A DNA stretch of 64,000 bases, taken from positions 1 to 64,000 of the forward strand of contig BROI01000002.1 of assembly GCA_027923505.1 (NCBI GenBank), given 5' to 3'. The DNA is from Mayamaea pseudoterrestris (lineage: Eukaryota). Positions 44,460-59,000 of the stretch are shown in pieces. The notes beneath the pieces were generated by a model. The model did not search any database and had not been told where the DNA came from. It saw only the letters and a list, made by a program, of their open reading frames with translations. The translations under genes were made by a program, and so were the position numbers. Numbering within the stretch: the first letter of the stretch is position 1; each line of letters starts with the position of its first letter.

Positions 44460-46926
44460 CTATCGTGTAGTGTCAGGTTCGTCGTCATTTGGCTGTGCCA
44501 TTGTCACATATTTTTGCTTCGTTAGCATAAGACCGAGCAGCGCCAGTGTCCAGCCCATGCCTGTAACTTGAAGCTGATTCTTCATGACCTGATTAATGGA
44601 ATACTTGCCCAGACCGAACCGTCCCAGCGCCTCTATTCCTGTCTTTGCCACTGGTCCTCGGCGCGGTCCAGTGGTTACGAAGGAAAGGCCTTCAAATTCG
44701 TTCACACAGAGACCCTCGAACCCCCATCGAATCAATCCAAGCTTTGGCACCCACTTTAGCAATTTCGGAGTATTCTCTTCCGAAATGTTCTTCCCATCAA
44801 ATATGATATTCAACACGAGGACGGCGGGGAATATAGCCAACGCCACATCCGAGTTCGGGCTGAAGGCGCCAATAACCAGACCTGCTGCCTCTGAAATGAG
44901 CCCATGGGTAGTTAGCAGAAGCAGGAAATTGCGAAATCTACCAGGCGCACGGCTCAATCCAGTCAGGTGGTAGGCAATGGTTCCAAAAATTCCGTTGAAC
45001 AATGCGACCAGGGGAAGTTCCGACAAGGCCTTGCCAATAAAGTAGGGAAACGTCCGATACATTTTGTTCGCAAGCTCTTTCGACACAATCGCCTTTTCGC
45101 GGGGGAAGGCACGAATAGAACCGGCAATCGCCATATTTGATGCCCCAATGGTAATGAGAGAAAGGAGGCCGAATCGATCTTGAATAGAAGCTTGATCATT
45201 TCCAAGGCTGTAGATGCCACCGTAAATGAGAGCGGTCGTCACTTGCTGTACAATTTTGATCAGAATCACTCCCTTGCTTCGTTTCACTTCACGTAACGAT
45301 CGTTGCGCCAGGAGCTTGAATTGCACAAATATACTGGCCTTTAAACCTCCTTGTGCACCAGTGAAACGACGAACTTGGTTATTCGCGTCTCGCTTGCTGA
45401 CGCTAGTGCCAGCGGATTGCTGTTTCGCCAGCTCCGCCAGTCGATCCACGCGTTCCTCCGCTTCCTCCATGGTCTCCTGCAAAACAGGCATGCGCGTAAT
45501 GCAGTCCAGCACATGCTCCGCCGTTCCAATCTCGTCCGATTCGGCCCGGCAGCCGTGTGTTTCCATGTACGACCTCACCTTGGATCGCTCGCCAAAGTAC
45601 ACTTGCTTGCCGCCTTCCGAAACGAGCAGCAAGTCGTCAAACTTTCCAAACACATGCTGACTTGGCTGGTGAATGACAGCAATGATGGTTTTCCCCTGGT
45701 CGGCAAGCTCGCGCAGCGTTTCAATCAGTGCAGTCGCCGCCGTGCTATCAAGACCTGTGTCAAAATAAAAGCACGTGTGAGACCCAGGCACAATGCCGCA
45801 GCAACCGAAACAACATCATTTTGGAAACTCACCAGATGTTGGCTCATCCAGCATGATAAGAGACGGACTAGATATCATTTCCACGGCAATGGATAGTCGC
45901 TTTCGTTCGCCTCCCGAAATACCTCTCACTCGAGCATTTCCAACAATGGTGTCAGCCACCTTGGTCAAGCCAAGCTGATGGAGCAAGTCGTCCACCATGT
46001 CTGCGCGGCCCTGCTTGCTCAGTTGCGAGCCAAGCTTGAGTTCGACGCGAAAGACGAGCGTCTCTCGCACCGTCATGTGCGGAAAGAACTCCACCTCTTG
46101 CTCAATAAAGGCGCATGGTAGCTGCGTCATGCATGATAAAGTAAGCGTTAGCACACATGGCGATTAGCAAGAATGCTACAAGCATTTTCCCTCTCCACCA
46201 CATTTCACACGCACCATGCTATCGCCCGTCACTGCTTGTTGATTGACGATTCGACTTCCTTGCAACTGCAGCTTGGACGAGTACTTGATGCGTCCACTCA
46301 GCGCGTGCAGCAAGGTTGATTTTCCGGCACCAGACGGTCCCATAATGGCCAGCATACGTCCCGGTTGGGCTCGTCCGTGAATGCTGCCATCCAAAATAGT
46401 CTTGGAGCCCTTGCGACGTCCTTGGTCAAGCTGCAACTGAATGTTTGAAAACTCCAAGTCAATGGATTCCTGCGCTTGAATGCGGTCGTTTTGAATGACA
46501 AATTCATCTGTTGGAGTAATCCAGTGAGTGATATTGGACAAATCAGATATCAAAATGAGCAAATGCGAAACTAGACTCACTCGCAACTCTATCGTCGTCA
46601 TTTATGTCATCAAGATGGCGTCGTCGTCCCCCCGCCATGAAAGTATAGGCAAGGCACGTCAAGGAGGCAATCAAAACGCTAATCATCGCCTGCGTTAGTA
46701 TGCCTGGTTTCAATTTCAAGAAATGTTGCTTCTCACCTTGCTTCTCACCTTGTTGTTGTTGCTGCTTTGCCTTTTTTCGCTGACTCGGCGGCGTGAGCGT
46801 TTCCTTGAGCTTGGTGCCAAAGTGGGCAATGCCGCGGTGCTGCTGCGCGTGTGCGCAGTCTCGTGACAGCAGGAGCAGCAGCAAGAGACATGGCCAGAAA
46901 AAGTAATGACCTTTTATGCGGCTCAT
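44460..46926 (-). CDS. ABCG (White-family) half-size ABC transporter; exons ~46926-46581, 46507-46215, 46121-45833, 45754-44460
   Basis: Walker [10 protein letters not shown], signature ISGGERKR, Walker [18 protein letters not shown]-terminal ABC2 membrane domain with WGFEGL..NEF. N-terminal signal-like segment; start uncertain. Confidence 0.92.
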
Positions 46927-47273
46927 GGTGCGCCTCGTCGTTGCCTTTGGTCGCATATGCGGCAGGATTTTGTGCAATCCGATCGAGATTTCTCGGTTGT
47001 CGCGCCATGGTCGATCGAGCGCGCGGGCGCGGGCGGCTGACGTACCATGGCATCGGAGGGTCTGACTTGATGAGTCAGACTTGCTTGCGTGGCCAAAACG
47101 TGTTCGGGTTGGAAGCGCGCGCGACCGGCTGACGTAGTACGTACCGAATGAGCAACACCGTCACGCCGTTTCGGTTTGCTTCTTTCGTCTACTACTTTGT
47201 CCTTTTTTCCCCAAGCCAAGAAGACTTGACGACGACGTTATATTCATAGTAGTAGAGTCATTTACAATACAAA

Positions 47274-49645
47274 ATGACGACAAGCGTTCATGGACTACTA
47301 GCGAAAAGCTTGAGCTTTTCCAGCTTGGTGCTCTTGCTGCAGCTTTCTTCTGCCGCTTCCTCTTCAACTGCTTCTTCCAATTCTATAGCGCCATTGGCAG
47401 TTTCGATTGATGATCCATCCGTTTCGAACTTTGATATACAAAGGGCAGTACATGTCAGAGACTTGCTGACCAGACGACTTTATCATGTGGAGAGTGGAAA
47501 GCGCAAAAGTGACTTTAGCAAGTGGATCAAGAAGCAGCAAGGAGGCGCTCAGGTTTTGTCGACGCATGGAAGGAGCATTCAAACTGACATGGATGACGAT
47601 GCCAAGCAACTACTACAAGCTTCCAGCAAGTCATTGGTAGTCATTAGAAACGATTCTCGCGGTCGTAGAAACGACGATCCGTTTCCGCAAGACAGAAGGA
47701 ACCTTGATATTCCACTCGTTAAACTCGAAGAAAACGACGATTCTTCCAAGACGAATCTACGGATTCAACGCGAGCTCACGGACCGAGCATCAATAATAAT
47801 AAGCACTCATCCAACCCCAAATGCACTGCAACTATCGCTCCGAGCCATTGTGTTATCACTTCGCTTTGGCCCCGTCCTTTCTACGCTTGGTCTTGCCGTC
47901 ATGTTTCCATCCTTTCGCAAACACTACTGGTACTCGTGGTTGACTTACTGCATGGCCAAGTGCGGACCCGCCTGGATCAAGTGGGGACAGTGGAGCAGCA
48001 CCCGCAACGACATGTTTCCGGATGCCTTGTGCGAGTCACTGAGTCGGTTGCATTCCGATGCGCCGGCTCACTCCTGGCGCATTAGCAAGGAAACGTTGGA
48101 GCAGAGTCTACAGCTTGCGCCGAATACCTTGGAACAAGTTTTTGATGAAATTGAAACGACGCCGATTGCGTCGGGAAGTATTGCGCAGGTTCATCGCGCC
48201 GTACTCAGTGGCGAGTTGGTGGCACTCAAGATTCGTCACCCAAAGGTGGAGCAGTTGATGGAACTGGACTTTCGACTCATGGGAATGGCGGCTCGCGTTG
48301 TTGACTATTTGCTAGTCAAGCTCACGGGAGTTGAGAATCAGATTCGCGAGTCAGTCAAGCAGTTTAGTCACACCATGGCGGCGCAGTCATACTTGCACGT
48401 GGAGGCGCACCACTTGGAGGTGTTGAACGACAATTTCAAAAATTGGCCGTCGGTGCGGTTTCCCAGTCCCTTTTACGCGAGTGATGCCGTCATTATTGAA
48501 ACCTTTGAGCCGGGTCGGATTGTGACAAGCATGATTGATGAATATCAACGGGATGCCAATGAGATTATCGTCACGACGACCATGATGCAGGAGAATGAGA
48601 GTGTGGTGCCAGTGAAACGTATGAGTCGCGCCGGACCGACGCAACTGCAGCTGATTGGCGGAGACGACAATGGGGTCGACAATACGCTCGAGTCTGCAGT
48701 GGCTGCGCATGAGATTGCAGAGGATTTGACAATGGCGGACGAGCGAGCCAATCGTACTCCAGCGGCCCATGACTTGATACCTTTGGACTTGGCCGAATTC
48801 ATTGTCACAACCGGGCTGGGGCTGTACTTGAAAATGTTGTTGGTGGACGGGCTCATGCATGCGGACCTTCATCCGTACGTTATTCATGTCGACTCTTGTT
48901 GTGTGAGTTTCTGTGTGATTTGTCTTACTCACACTTGTCCTTTTGTTTCTTGAGCAGTGGCAACATTTTAATTGACGTTGGCCGCACCAAGCAACGCCAG
49001 CACTTGTATAATGAGGGTCTCGAAGTTGCAGACGCTGCTGCAACCGTCGATACTACCACAAGGAAGCGCGGAAGCTTTTTGGGAATCTCGCTCGTTGATG
49101 CCGGCATGGTGGCTCAGTTGACCGAGGAAGAAAGTTCCAATTTTATCGGTCTTTTAGCGAGTTTAGGTGAAGGCAATGGCCGAGACGCTGCCAACTTTGC
49201 GTTAAATTTTTCGCAAGAAAACGCATTGTCCGAGGCCGAGCGAGAAGCGTTTCGACAAGACATGGACCTTTTGTTTCAGGAACGGTGTCGCGGCTACCAT
49301 ACCAACACTGACGTTGGCTTTGTACTGCGCGGCGTTTTGGATCTGATTCGACAACATCGCGTACGCATCGGCGCTAATTACTCGACGCTAGTGATTAACG
49401 CATTGTGCATTGAGAGCTTGGCGCGGAACGTTTGCCCAAGTTATCATGTACTCGACGCTGCCAAACCTCTGCTGCGCACCTACCGAAAACTATGCTACAG
49501 CAAGGACGGAACTCTCAAACCAAATGCGCCAAACAGCAAACGAGTGAAGGCATGGATGGGCGTTATGTACCATTTGAAACGATTTCGCGATAACCGTTTC
49601 TTTAAGAAAGAGGTGAAGCAACGCACGGTGAAGGCGGTGCAGTGA
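47274..49645 (+). CDS. ABC1/UbiB-family atypical kinase (ADCK2-like); exons 47274-48874 and 48958-49645
   Basis: GPAWIKWGQWSSTRNDMF, PIASGSIAQVHRA, VALKIRHP, spliced HADLHPGNIL, LVDAGMV. Confidence 0.92.
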
Positions 49646-50020
49646 GATCGCTTTGCTCGTACTGCTGTATCAAGTTTTAACCACCAATTGTGCTGACAAC
49701 GGAGCCCAACACAACTTGAATAGAATGATTAAAATGGATGTTATGAATAGTGAATAGACTTGTTTTTCATTTTGCTCTCCGTGCATGGACGTACTATAAC
49801 CCCAGTTATTTGGTGAACTGGTTCTTACGATGGTCAAGCCCATACTTGCCTAAATGCACTCGATATGCTGCTGCGTGCTTGCGCACTTTAAACTCGAAAG
49901 CGCCACCTGTACGCTACTCGTACGTCAAGAAAAGAATTGTATTATGACCTCGATCTATCTATTTCTATTGTGTGTGTTATTCTATCTCGCCATATGTGGT
50001 GGTGCGCCACATTGCTTTAT

Positions 50021-53000
50021 TCAAGGCACCATGCTGTCAAAATATGTGAGAACCAAATCTGGTGAGCTGACAGACTTTCGCATATCCTCGTGGGAAACTC
50101 CACCAGTACGACCCAGCTCCTGAATCTTGCGCAAGCCAACACTGGGAGCAACGCCATCAAACTCGCGGGCTTCGTCAGATGATGCCAAACACATAAGCTC
50201 GAATCGCAGTGTTAATCGAACCCGGGCAAACCAAGCAATCCCCTGCTTTTCATTGCGGAGAGGAACCCATTCTTCCAGCTGACCGCCAGCGCATAGACCG
50301 TCAGTGCGTACATCAGCGGTGCCAAGGCAATGATCAACGAGCAGTTTCTTTTCATAGACAGAAACTTGCAGCATGCGCGGCGGTCCTTTGAATAAGACGT
50401 CGCGATCACTGTCGTAACTGCTGCCATCCACCCACGCATCTTCCGGAAGAGGAAATCGAAACCGAGCAACGCTGCCCCACGACGCAGGAGCGTTGGGACC
50501 GGTAGCCTTGCCAAGTTTCACTGGCTGAGTGATCGCAGTATCAAGTGTTCGTGATTTGTTAGTGAGCTCCGCATTGGACCCCTCCCTGCGCAACCGCAAA
50601 AGAGCGTATACCGACATTGATAGCAATCCTCCTGGAGCTGTGAGATTTTTCAAATCTAAAAGCTCAACCTGTACAATGGCCATGAAACGTTGCGGCATTT
50701 CCAATCGCCGGAACAAGGAATTGCGATATAAATGCTGACGAATTGTGTTTTCAAATGGAGCGGGCTCAGCTATGGATCCCCTCAGGAACTGCAAGTCACC
50801 TCCTCCACAAGACTCCCAATTTGGGTGAATTGCAGCAATGGCTTTTGTCGTAACAAAATCTCCTCTTAAACATGTCCAGAGCTCCAGTACATGCGCTTCC
50901 CCGAAAGACCGAATAATACTTTCGGATGCATGTCCAACCCTGGCTAAACTAAATCCGGAAAATTGCTCACGACCCAAAGAAGCGCCAAGTGTTTCACCTT
51001 CCCAGTTTTGCAGTGCTTCAACCTCCCAGGGATCGAGAATTCGGTATCGGGTTCCCTCGTGGACAGGAGTGTTGACTTTATGTTTTAAACGCAAGGTTGA
51101 AAAATCAATGGATTCAATAATACGATTCTTCTCCATAAGCTTCAATCGATCCACAGCTGCATCGGCTGATGCGTCAGTGTTATTCGTCAAAAGCCATTTT
51201 ATTGCTTCCTCCTGACTGAATATAACAACCATGGTGCTGTCACCACCGTCAGCAAGCTTCAGTGTACTAAAGTGGACACCGGAGTCACGTTGAATCATCT
51301 TCCTCAAAATCGAATCGCCGCCGTCTCGAAAGTTCGTCGAACGCGTGTCCAGATGCATATCCGATACAATTGGGACATGCGATGACGGATCGACCAGCTG
51401 CAATGCGAGAATCTCTAATATTTTGCACCAGGAAAGGATGGGGGCAAGGATAGTTTGAGCAACCATTAAACGGTCATGAGTCAAAGCGTCAATCGTGCCT
51501 CTTCTCCAGTCCATCGTTCGCCAGTCATTGTCGTCCTTGTCGCCAACAAGTATCTTTTCAGCGTCTGGCTCGTCGCCATCGTTATCCGGCAGAATGTCAC
51601 GGTAGTCGGCTGCAACAATATCGCTAAACTGCTTTCTTGAAGCAGCCACCACCAAGAGCTCCAAGAGTTTGCCAAATGCGCTCATTGTGTCGCCCACCAA
51701 TCTCACTTTAGAAAAGCACGGATCCAGGTGATTATTACTTAATCCGGAATAGTTCCGAGCAAATGGATCGTTTCGACATGGTACAACTGTATCAGGTGCA
51801 GCCGACCTTAAACAAGCGGCGCGCCCAAGTCCCAATTCGCGAAACAAAACGGCATTTGGAGATGGCTGAGAACCTTCTTCTTTAATTAATCGATCTGTAG
51901 GCGGGAGATCGAATCTGAGAGCAAATGGAAGTGAAGCTGACACTGCCTCCAAGAGACTGATAAGTGTGGTGTGTGGTCCGAATGACCCGCAACGATACCC
52001 AGATTCGGAGAGACGAACGATTGCATGTTGCACACTTTGGTTGTTGCGAGACTTATTCTTCCTAGTGCTCGCAATTCGATTGGGTGTTGTCGCTTCGCTG
52101 TCGGTAAGATCGTCGCCAGAATTATCCGCCCCGGGTTCCTCCAACGTTGGGCTCGCGTCATCTTTCGGTGGAATCAAATTCGTTTTGAAACTGAGTGTGT
52201 ATACTCCGCTATCGCCGGGATGTGGACGAATAATAAAGCAACCCGTCTTCTTGTCATTCAGCAGCCCAGTTGCTTCGGAACGCTTGCATTCGACCAAAAA
52301 TTCCCAGCCGCCACTTGAAACTTTTTCCTTTTGTAAATGCTGCTCCCTACCGACCTCAACGTTGCTCTTTAAGCTAGCCCATAAAATACGACCTGCCTCC
52401 TCGTCGACGCAACAGTCTGGGTTGCTTCGAATCATGGTTTCTATGCATTCATAGTTTCGATTCCAACTGACAACGAGTAGACCGGCTCGAACTCCAACAA
52501 TTGCTTCCTTCAAAGCAATCCCTGACAACGGCAAGCCGCCGCCTCGGTGTAGCCACAAGCAAGTTTCCACTTGATAACTGACACGTGCTGCGTAACGTCG
52601 TATATATTGGGAAGCAACGTGGGCTTTCGATTTTCGCTGGTGGACTAAATCATCAATAGTTATCGCCCACACATTACAATACCCAATCAAATCCTGTGCA
52701 GCGACTCGTAAAATGTCCTCCGAAATGTGTTCGCGATCGACAGCAGCGTTTATCACAACAGCGAGCAACATTCGATGTTGAGAGTGCGAGGCATTTAAAA
52801 ATCGTAACGCAGCCTCGACAACGTAATGGTCTGGGGTGTCGCATGCAGCACATAGTCGATTGAGAGTTTGGCGCACCTGTTGAATAATTTTATGTCCATC
52901 ACATTTCTCCTGAAAGGCTCCGAAAGCGCCAGATGGAAAGTACAAATTGAAATTAACATAGCATAGATCAACACGCGGCTCACGTAAGTCGCCCAGATGT

Positions 53001-56000
53001 GGCGCTAAGACACCAGCGACTTCTCGAACAAACCGACGAGCAGCAGCCTGCACGAGGACCTGCAATGTCCACTCTGACCAAAGTGCGGGAGGGGACGCTA
53101 AACCATTGACTGACGGTAAGTCAAAAGTTGTTGTATCCTCATGTACCCCCAACCGCCCATTTAATGCAGTTGGCATGTCGCTGTCCCCTTCTATTGGTTT
53201 AGTTGGTCTTACAGATTGCGAAATTGCATGATTATCGGCAGCGTGCTCGCGTGGCAGCGTATCATACGAATCGAAAATCGACGATTGCATCTCATTCACC
53301 ACCTGAGATTGAACGAGCGGTTTTGCTTTAGAAAGAGGGATATCAAAGTCGTCAAAAATCGAAGATTGCGCTATGGTTGAACTAGCAACAGCTGTAGGCG
53401 GCTCGACTCTTTGCGGTGGCATATCGAATGAATCGAAGATGCTTGTTTGCACCTGATTAGTAAGTGATGTCGCCGGTACAGCAAGTTTAATTACGTCGTG
53501 ATGTTCTTCTGGTATGTGTTCTTTTCCGAAGGGAAAAAGCATATCAATGGATGCAAGCTCCACGCCTCGACCTTCGAGTGTTTGTGATATCGTCAGCGCC
53601 GCTGCCAACTGCGAACGTCGGCTACCAGCCATTGCTCGTAGCAGCAGCGGAGGAGACAAGTCATCGATCAAAGCGTTCAACTTTCTTGATGCCGAAACAA
53701 CGCCATCTTCCCTGGCACCTCGAGCGAAGTAGCGTTCAAGCACGGCCGGTTCGGCGACACTCAATAGGTCATCAGGACGCACGATGTCAGCACACACCCA
53801 TGTTGCGTCGTCTTTCTTGCCCAACCAGACCAGGCTCAAAGCACTAAACAGCCTGTCAGCTGTAGAAGCAAATGCTCGTTCCACCAAGAGGCTCTGACTG
53901 CTTTTTCCCAATCGCGGCACCCACTCCGCAAAGCTTTCATCTGGTCCAACTATTGGGTTCGATGCTGTGGAATTAACATAACCCCCACCGCCACCTATTG
54001 CTGCCAGATTGAAACTCCCAGCACTCGCAAGTTTATCACTTTCCATGAGGCGCGCCACGAGGAAGGCCAAATCAATGTCTTTCATTTTCGTAGCAATTGT
54101 TGCTACAGCCGCATTCAAAAAGGGTGGTTTTGCCAGGAGGAAAAACGCTGATGCAGCGCGATACTTGCATTTCCTCAATAGGCTGAAGCCATTCTTCTCA
54201 GCTGCTCGTCGACCCTTCTCCGTCGAGAAGTCAAACGTGTTTAAAAACTTGTGAAACTTTCTGCCGTTCTCGGACGAATCAGTGGCAGCAAGATTCCGTA
54301 GGGTCAGTGTCTTTTGCGCAATAATGTAGTAGAGAGCTGACTCCATAATATCGCGCTCAGAACGAAACAAATTCTGCCCAATTTCCTCTGAAATTCGTGC
54401 CAAGGCAGTGTCAGAACGCACCCAAAAGGGTAATCGTAACCTCTTTGCCGTTTTCCAATCCATCTTTTCATTATACGTCCTGCTGAACTTTAGTAGTTGC
54501 GATTGCGAGCAACTTAAGAGTGCTGCTAAGCAGGCTGCAGAAGAAATTTGACGGCTGTCCGCGCCTTGGTTGGGCACTGACATATGCAATCTTGGCGACA
54601 AACCAGGAACCCCAAGCGGAGATTTTGGTGGATACTGAACCTGGTGACTCTCTGGTTGCACGATGTGAAGTGCTTTGATTATGCTGGCGCAGAAAATGAA
54701 ATGTTGTCCGCAAGGGTCAATAAATTGATAGTCATGTGAGTCGACCATGAGCGTGCAAAAACTACGAAGTATATGCATGTCTTCCACGCTTAAAGGCAGA
54801 AGTGGCTGTGGCAAATCGACTGCTTCGAGAGATGGCGAGTATCGCAAAGGCGCAACATACCCAGCATGATCTATTTCTTTCGTGCTACAACAAGCCACCA
54901 AAACCGTCAGAAGCTTTAACATTTTATCCTTTTCAAGCCCAATGTCCGCAGTAGCTCCTGCAGTTAACTCTCTGTCTTTCTCTCCAAAACCTGTATATAT
55001 AAAAAGTGGAGCCGTGTAAAGCCGTCCAGCAAAATTACCTTCTTGAATCGAAAGCCCTTCAGTTGAAAGCCAAAGAAGGAGAGGACGAACACGCTCGCGC
55101 AATGCGTGAAGTGGGCCTCGTGCCTCGGTCATAACACTCGCAATCATAGATTCGGGGTGCCAATCGGCGCAAAGGTAGTCAGATTCGCTTTCAGAGACGT
55201 AGCCAAGCCGCAGCGATCGAGTAAGATGCGAGAACGCTGTGCGCGGGCTCGCAATGTTATAAAAAGTAGTTCCTTGCGACACTTCAGCAGCAGATATAGC
55301 CTCATGAAAAGACTGGTATGACATTCGAATTGCCGGGAGCCACTCCAATCCTTGCCTCGAATAAGCAGTGACATGCCGCTTCGAAAAAACAACCAGAGTC
55401 GGAAATGCATCCAGATAGCCTGAATTGACGAATTCAAAGTCCACAAAATCGTTGTCCGACGATTCTGTTCGAATGCTACTAGGGTGATAGCAAAACGTGC
55501 CTAGCGACAAACAACACTCCGGTTGGCCAACAGTGTCGGAAGTGTAAGGATCAGCCCTCAAAGACCAGACGGTAATTTCCTTTCTGAAACCATCCTCCGT
55601 TGGCATCGTCGCAAGTAGTGTGACATCGAATAAACGAAGTTGTACATTTCTCGAGAGCTCCGACTGGATGCAAAATAAATCGTAATGTTGAAATTTTATG
55701 CTGGGAGATGCGCCAGCATGCAACGAGGCTTGCAAGAGGCTAACGGTACCATCAACATCACAGAGAGCAAGCTCCGTGCGCTCTTGATCGAGACATTTGA
55801 CATCCATTCGCCTTATTTCGCGTTGATTATCCGAATCTTTCTGCCACGAGCCAATATATGAAATCCGCGCTTTTTCACTTGTGTGGAAAAAACGAAGCTC
55901 CAGGTGCACGGCGGAGACGCGGCAAATATAGGTGTAGTATAAAATACAGGATCGCTCAAAGTTCACCTTTGTTTGGCTTCCGTGAGGTACTACAGCAAGT

Positions 56001-59000
56001 TGCAAATTGCCGTCATGTCGCGGTCTCGTGTTACCAGAAACCAACTCTTGTATCGCTTTTTCAAACACAGCGACAACGCTGAAATGCGGCGGAAGAGGTT
56101 CTTGGCAGTCATTTAGAACAGACTCGCTTGCCGCAAACAGGCCATCCGTGTTGCCATTTGAGTCGGCGGGCTTGACGCCAAGAATCTGCTCAGCCGTTCG
56201 ACGCTGCCGTATTCGGGGCGACGGAGGAGGTTGAGGGTCTGACATCCGACGAAATGTAAGCCGCATAGGGTTGCCAACACCTGAAACAGCACCTATGTCT
56301 CGGACAGTGGCGATGATATCATCGAACAATTTCTCCTCGAGGTTGACGTTATTTGCATTGACGAGCTCGTCTCCAAGAGCAATGACACCACACTGTTCGG
56401 CTGGTAAAATGTCCCCGCTGAGTGGGTTTCGTTTGAAGGAGCCTACAATTGCAGGATTGCCATCTTGCTGTACTTCTAATCTTAATCCAAGTCCGAATTC
56501 CGTATCAGGCACAATCGACACCTCGTAAATCTCCCCTACATTGGAAGACATTGTGTTTATCTTCATAATCGGAGAATCTGGAAACACCGCATTTTGGCAC
56601 AGCACGACCGGGCGCTCAACGCTCTCTGGAGAAGCAATTTCAAAGACAATAATAGTTCCGTTGTCAAGCAGAACAATGAGATAATGCGGTCCTCCAACGT
56701 TTTCGCCCTTCCACCATCTCATCTCAACAACAGACCGATTCTTACAAACAGTTGGAGGAAGCCATAGGACAGGCTGCTCTATTGGAACAGAAAGTATGCT
56801 TTCATCTTTAAACCACCGTCGCTCGGTGAGCACTCTAGCAGCTTTTTTAGAATCTACATCTTCTGGCATCCAATGTGACGGTAAGAACATTGCAGGACCA
56901 TGCTTTCTCCACGTGAGAGAAATGAATTTTGATGCTTCCTCGCAGTATTGGGCGATTAGTTGACTGGATTCCAGCTCCATGACGGCTGGCAAGGGTAATC
57001 TGTCGACGTTTCTCTTCTTGCCAGAGATAATGTCTAACTCGTCCAACAAAAATATCGACCTTGTCGGGTTACCAAGCTCCAATGCGGTCCAGTCCTGTTC
57101 GCCCAGGAGCGGAAATTGGAGCGCCAGCAGCTTTCCAGGTTCTGCATGTGCCGCGACAATCCGAATTTCACAAGGCGGACTCTGTGTATTGCTCAAAAGT
57201 CCGTCGGTAAAGGACCCGTCTGCTGCGGTCGTAGAGACGGCCGGACCAGCTGCTAGACCCAGAAACGACATGGCCGATCCACGAATCGTCCCAGTGTGAT
57301 GGTCGGTAGTGACGGAGGAAGCTTCCGAGAGTCGTGGGTTCCATACCGGCCAAATGCCTTCCACGCACAAGTACGAATCGTCATTTCCGCAAAGGATATT
57401 AGGTGAAATCAAACCTACTGGAAGTATTGCCGAAACATTTTCAAACAATGTTGGTATGAATTCGTCAACCCCTCGTTTCAGATATGTTAATCTCGACAGT
57501 CGTATTGCTGGCGTGGCATCTTGAAAAGTAATTTCCGATATCCAGGCACCCGCATTGGAGTAGGGAGTAGCATGATTTGGTATTGATTGATAGTGCTGCC
57601 GTCGACCATCGCTCTCATCCTTTGTATTCCCATCATTCTTGTTCGAGTTATTCAAACTCGGTCGCCGACTCGACGGTGCGCTACTGCTCCGGTACTTGCT
57701 GTTTGACGACTTGGGTTCCAAATCGCCCAATGTAAAAGCGGAAACCCCGTGTATCCAGTCGACGCGCGTTCGAACTGGTGTATCCCACTCCATGAAGCAC
57801 TTCCAACCATTCTGACAAAAGATGCGAGCCGACAATGATTCCTCACAGTACGTCAACAGTAAATCGTTGCCCTCCTGCTGCTTTTGCTGCGGCTTCCTCG
57901 CTCCACACTCACTCGATGTATTGTGACCATGTCCTCGAAACACAAGCCGCGTAACGGGGCTGGGATGCACCAGAAACGGCCCAGGCTTGTAAACGACGCC
58001 AATGGACCGGCTCCGAGACAACAGCGGTGTGTCTTTGATGTTGAATTCGGGCATGGCATCGTTAACGTTTATTGTTTCTGAATCTGCTGCTGCGCCGTCA
58101 GTCACATTTAGAACATGGCGTCGTCGGCCACTTTTTCGCTTATGCTTGGACGACGAAAGCGACCAATCCTTTTCGGACCCATCCTCCCAGTCTCGCACCA
58201 TGACATGTACACCGTAGTTTTCTCCATCGTCATCGTCCACCACCTGCTGCTGCTCATTTGCAAATTGTTGTTTTTTCACCAAGTCGTCGTCGTCGTCATG
58301 ACAAACGACGGCAATCGCATGCGCATCCCCACTCAACTGCGCCACGCGAATCTTGCCAGGCATGCAGGTCATCCACACCACATTGTTGATTGCTGCGTGA
58401 TTATTTTGACTACTAGTTGTAGTGTTATTCATTCGTCGCGACGCAGCATTGGCTGTTGCTGCATTTGCATCCGCTCCGTCCAGTGGTGTCGTATCCAGCA
58501 CCACCAACTGATTGCCATGCGCCAAGAGAATCTTGTAGTCCATGGACAGGCTCACGTTCCACTTTGCGTCAACCTCAGCAGCAGCTGCAGCGTCGCCATG
58601 GTCACCAGCGTCGTCACGGTCGTTTGGAAAGAGTTGCTCCGCCTCCAAGACAATGGAAGTTGCTGCTGCTGGTTGCGAGTCGCTACTAGTGAAGCCAGTA
58701 CCATCACTCTGACCACTACTACTCCTAACATTGTAATAGTGCGGCACCCACTGGTAGCGACCGTAGCACGACTTGGTTGGATCCACCGGAACCGGCAAAA
58801 AGCTGCGCACGCAGCCATTGGCATGCACCAGCACCACTTGCCCCGTGACTGGATGCGCCTTTAATGCCACAATCTTACTGTAATCGCTTCCAGCTGCATT
58901 GCCATCAGTCACGTTTAGTTGCTGCAAGACGAACCGCGTCCGCGCGCAGACTATGTAGACGGACGGATGGTTCGTCGTGCCGAATATGACGGAAACGCCC

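Noticed and set aside
58115..58864. 249-aa plus-strand ORF and other long antisense ORFs inside large genes (e.g. 48387-49043, 45351-45896)
   Set aside because: Antisense shadows expected from codon bias; no domain-like motifs.
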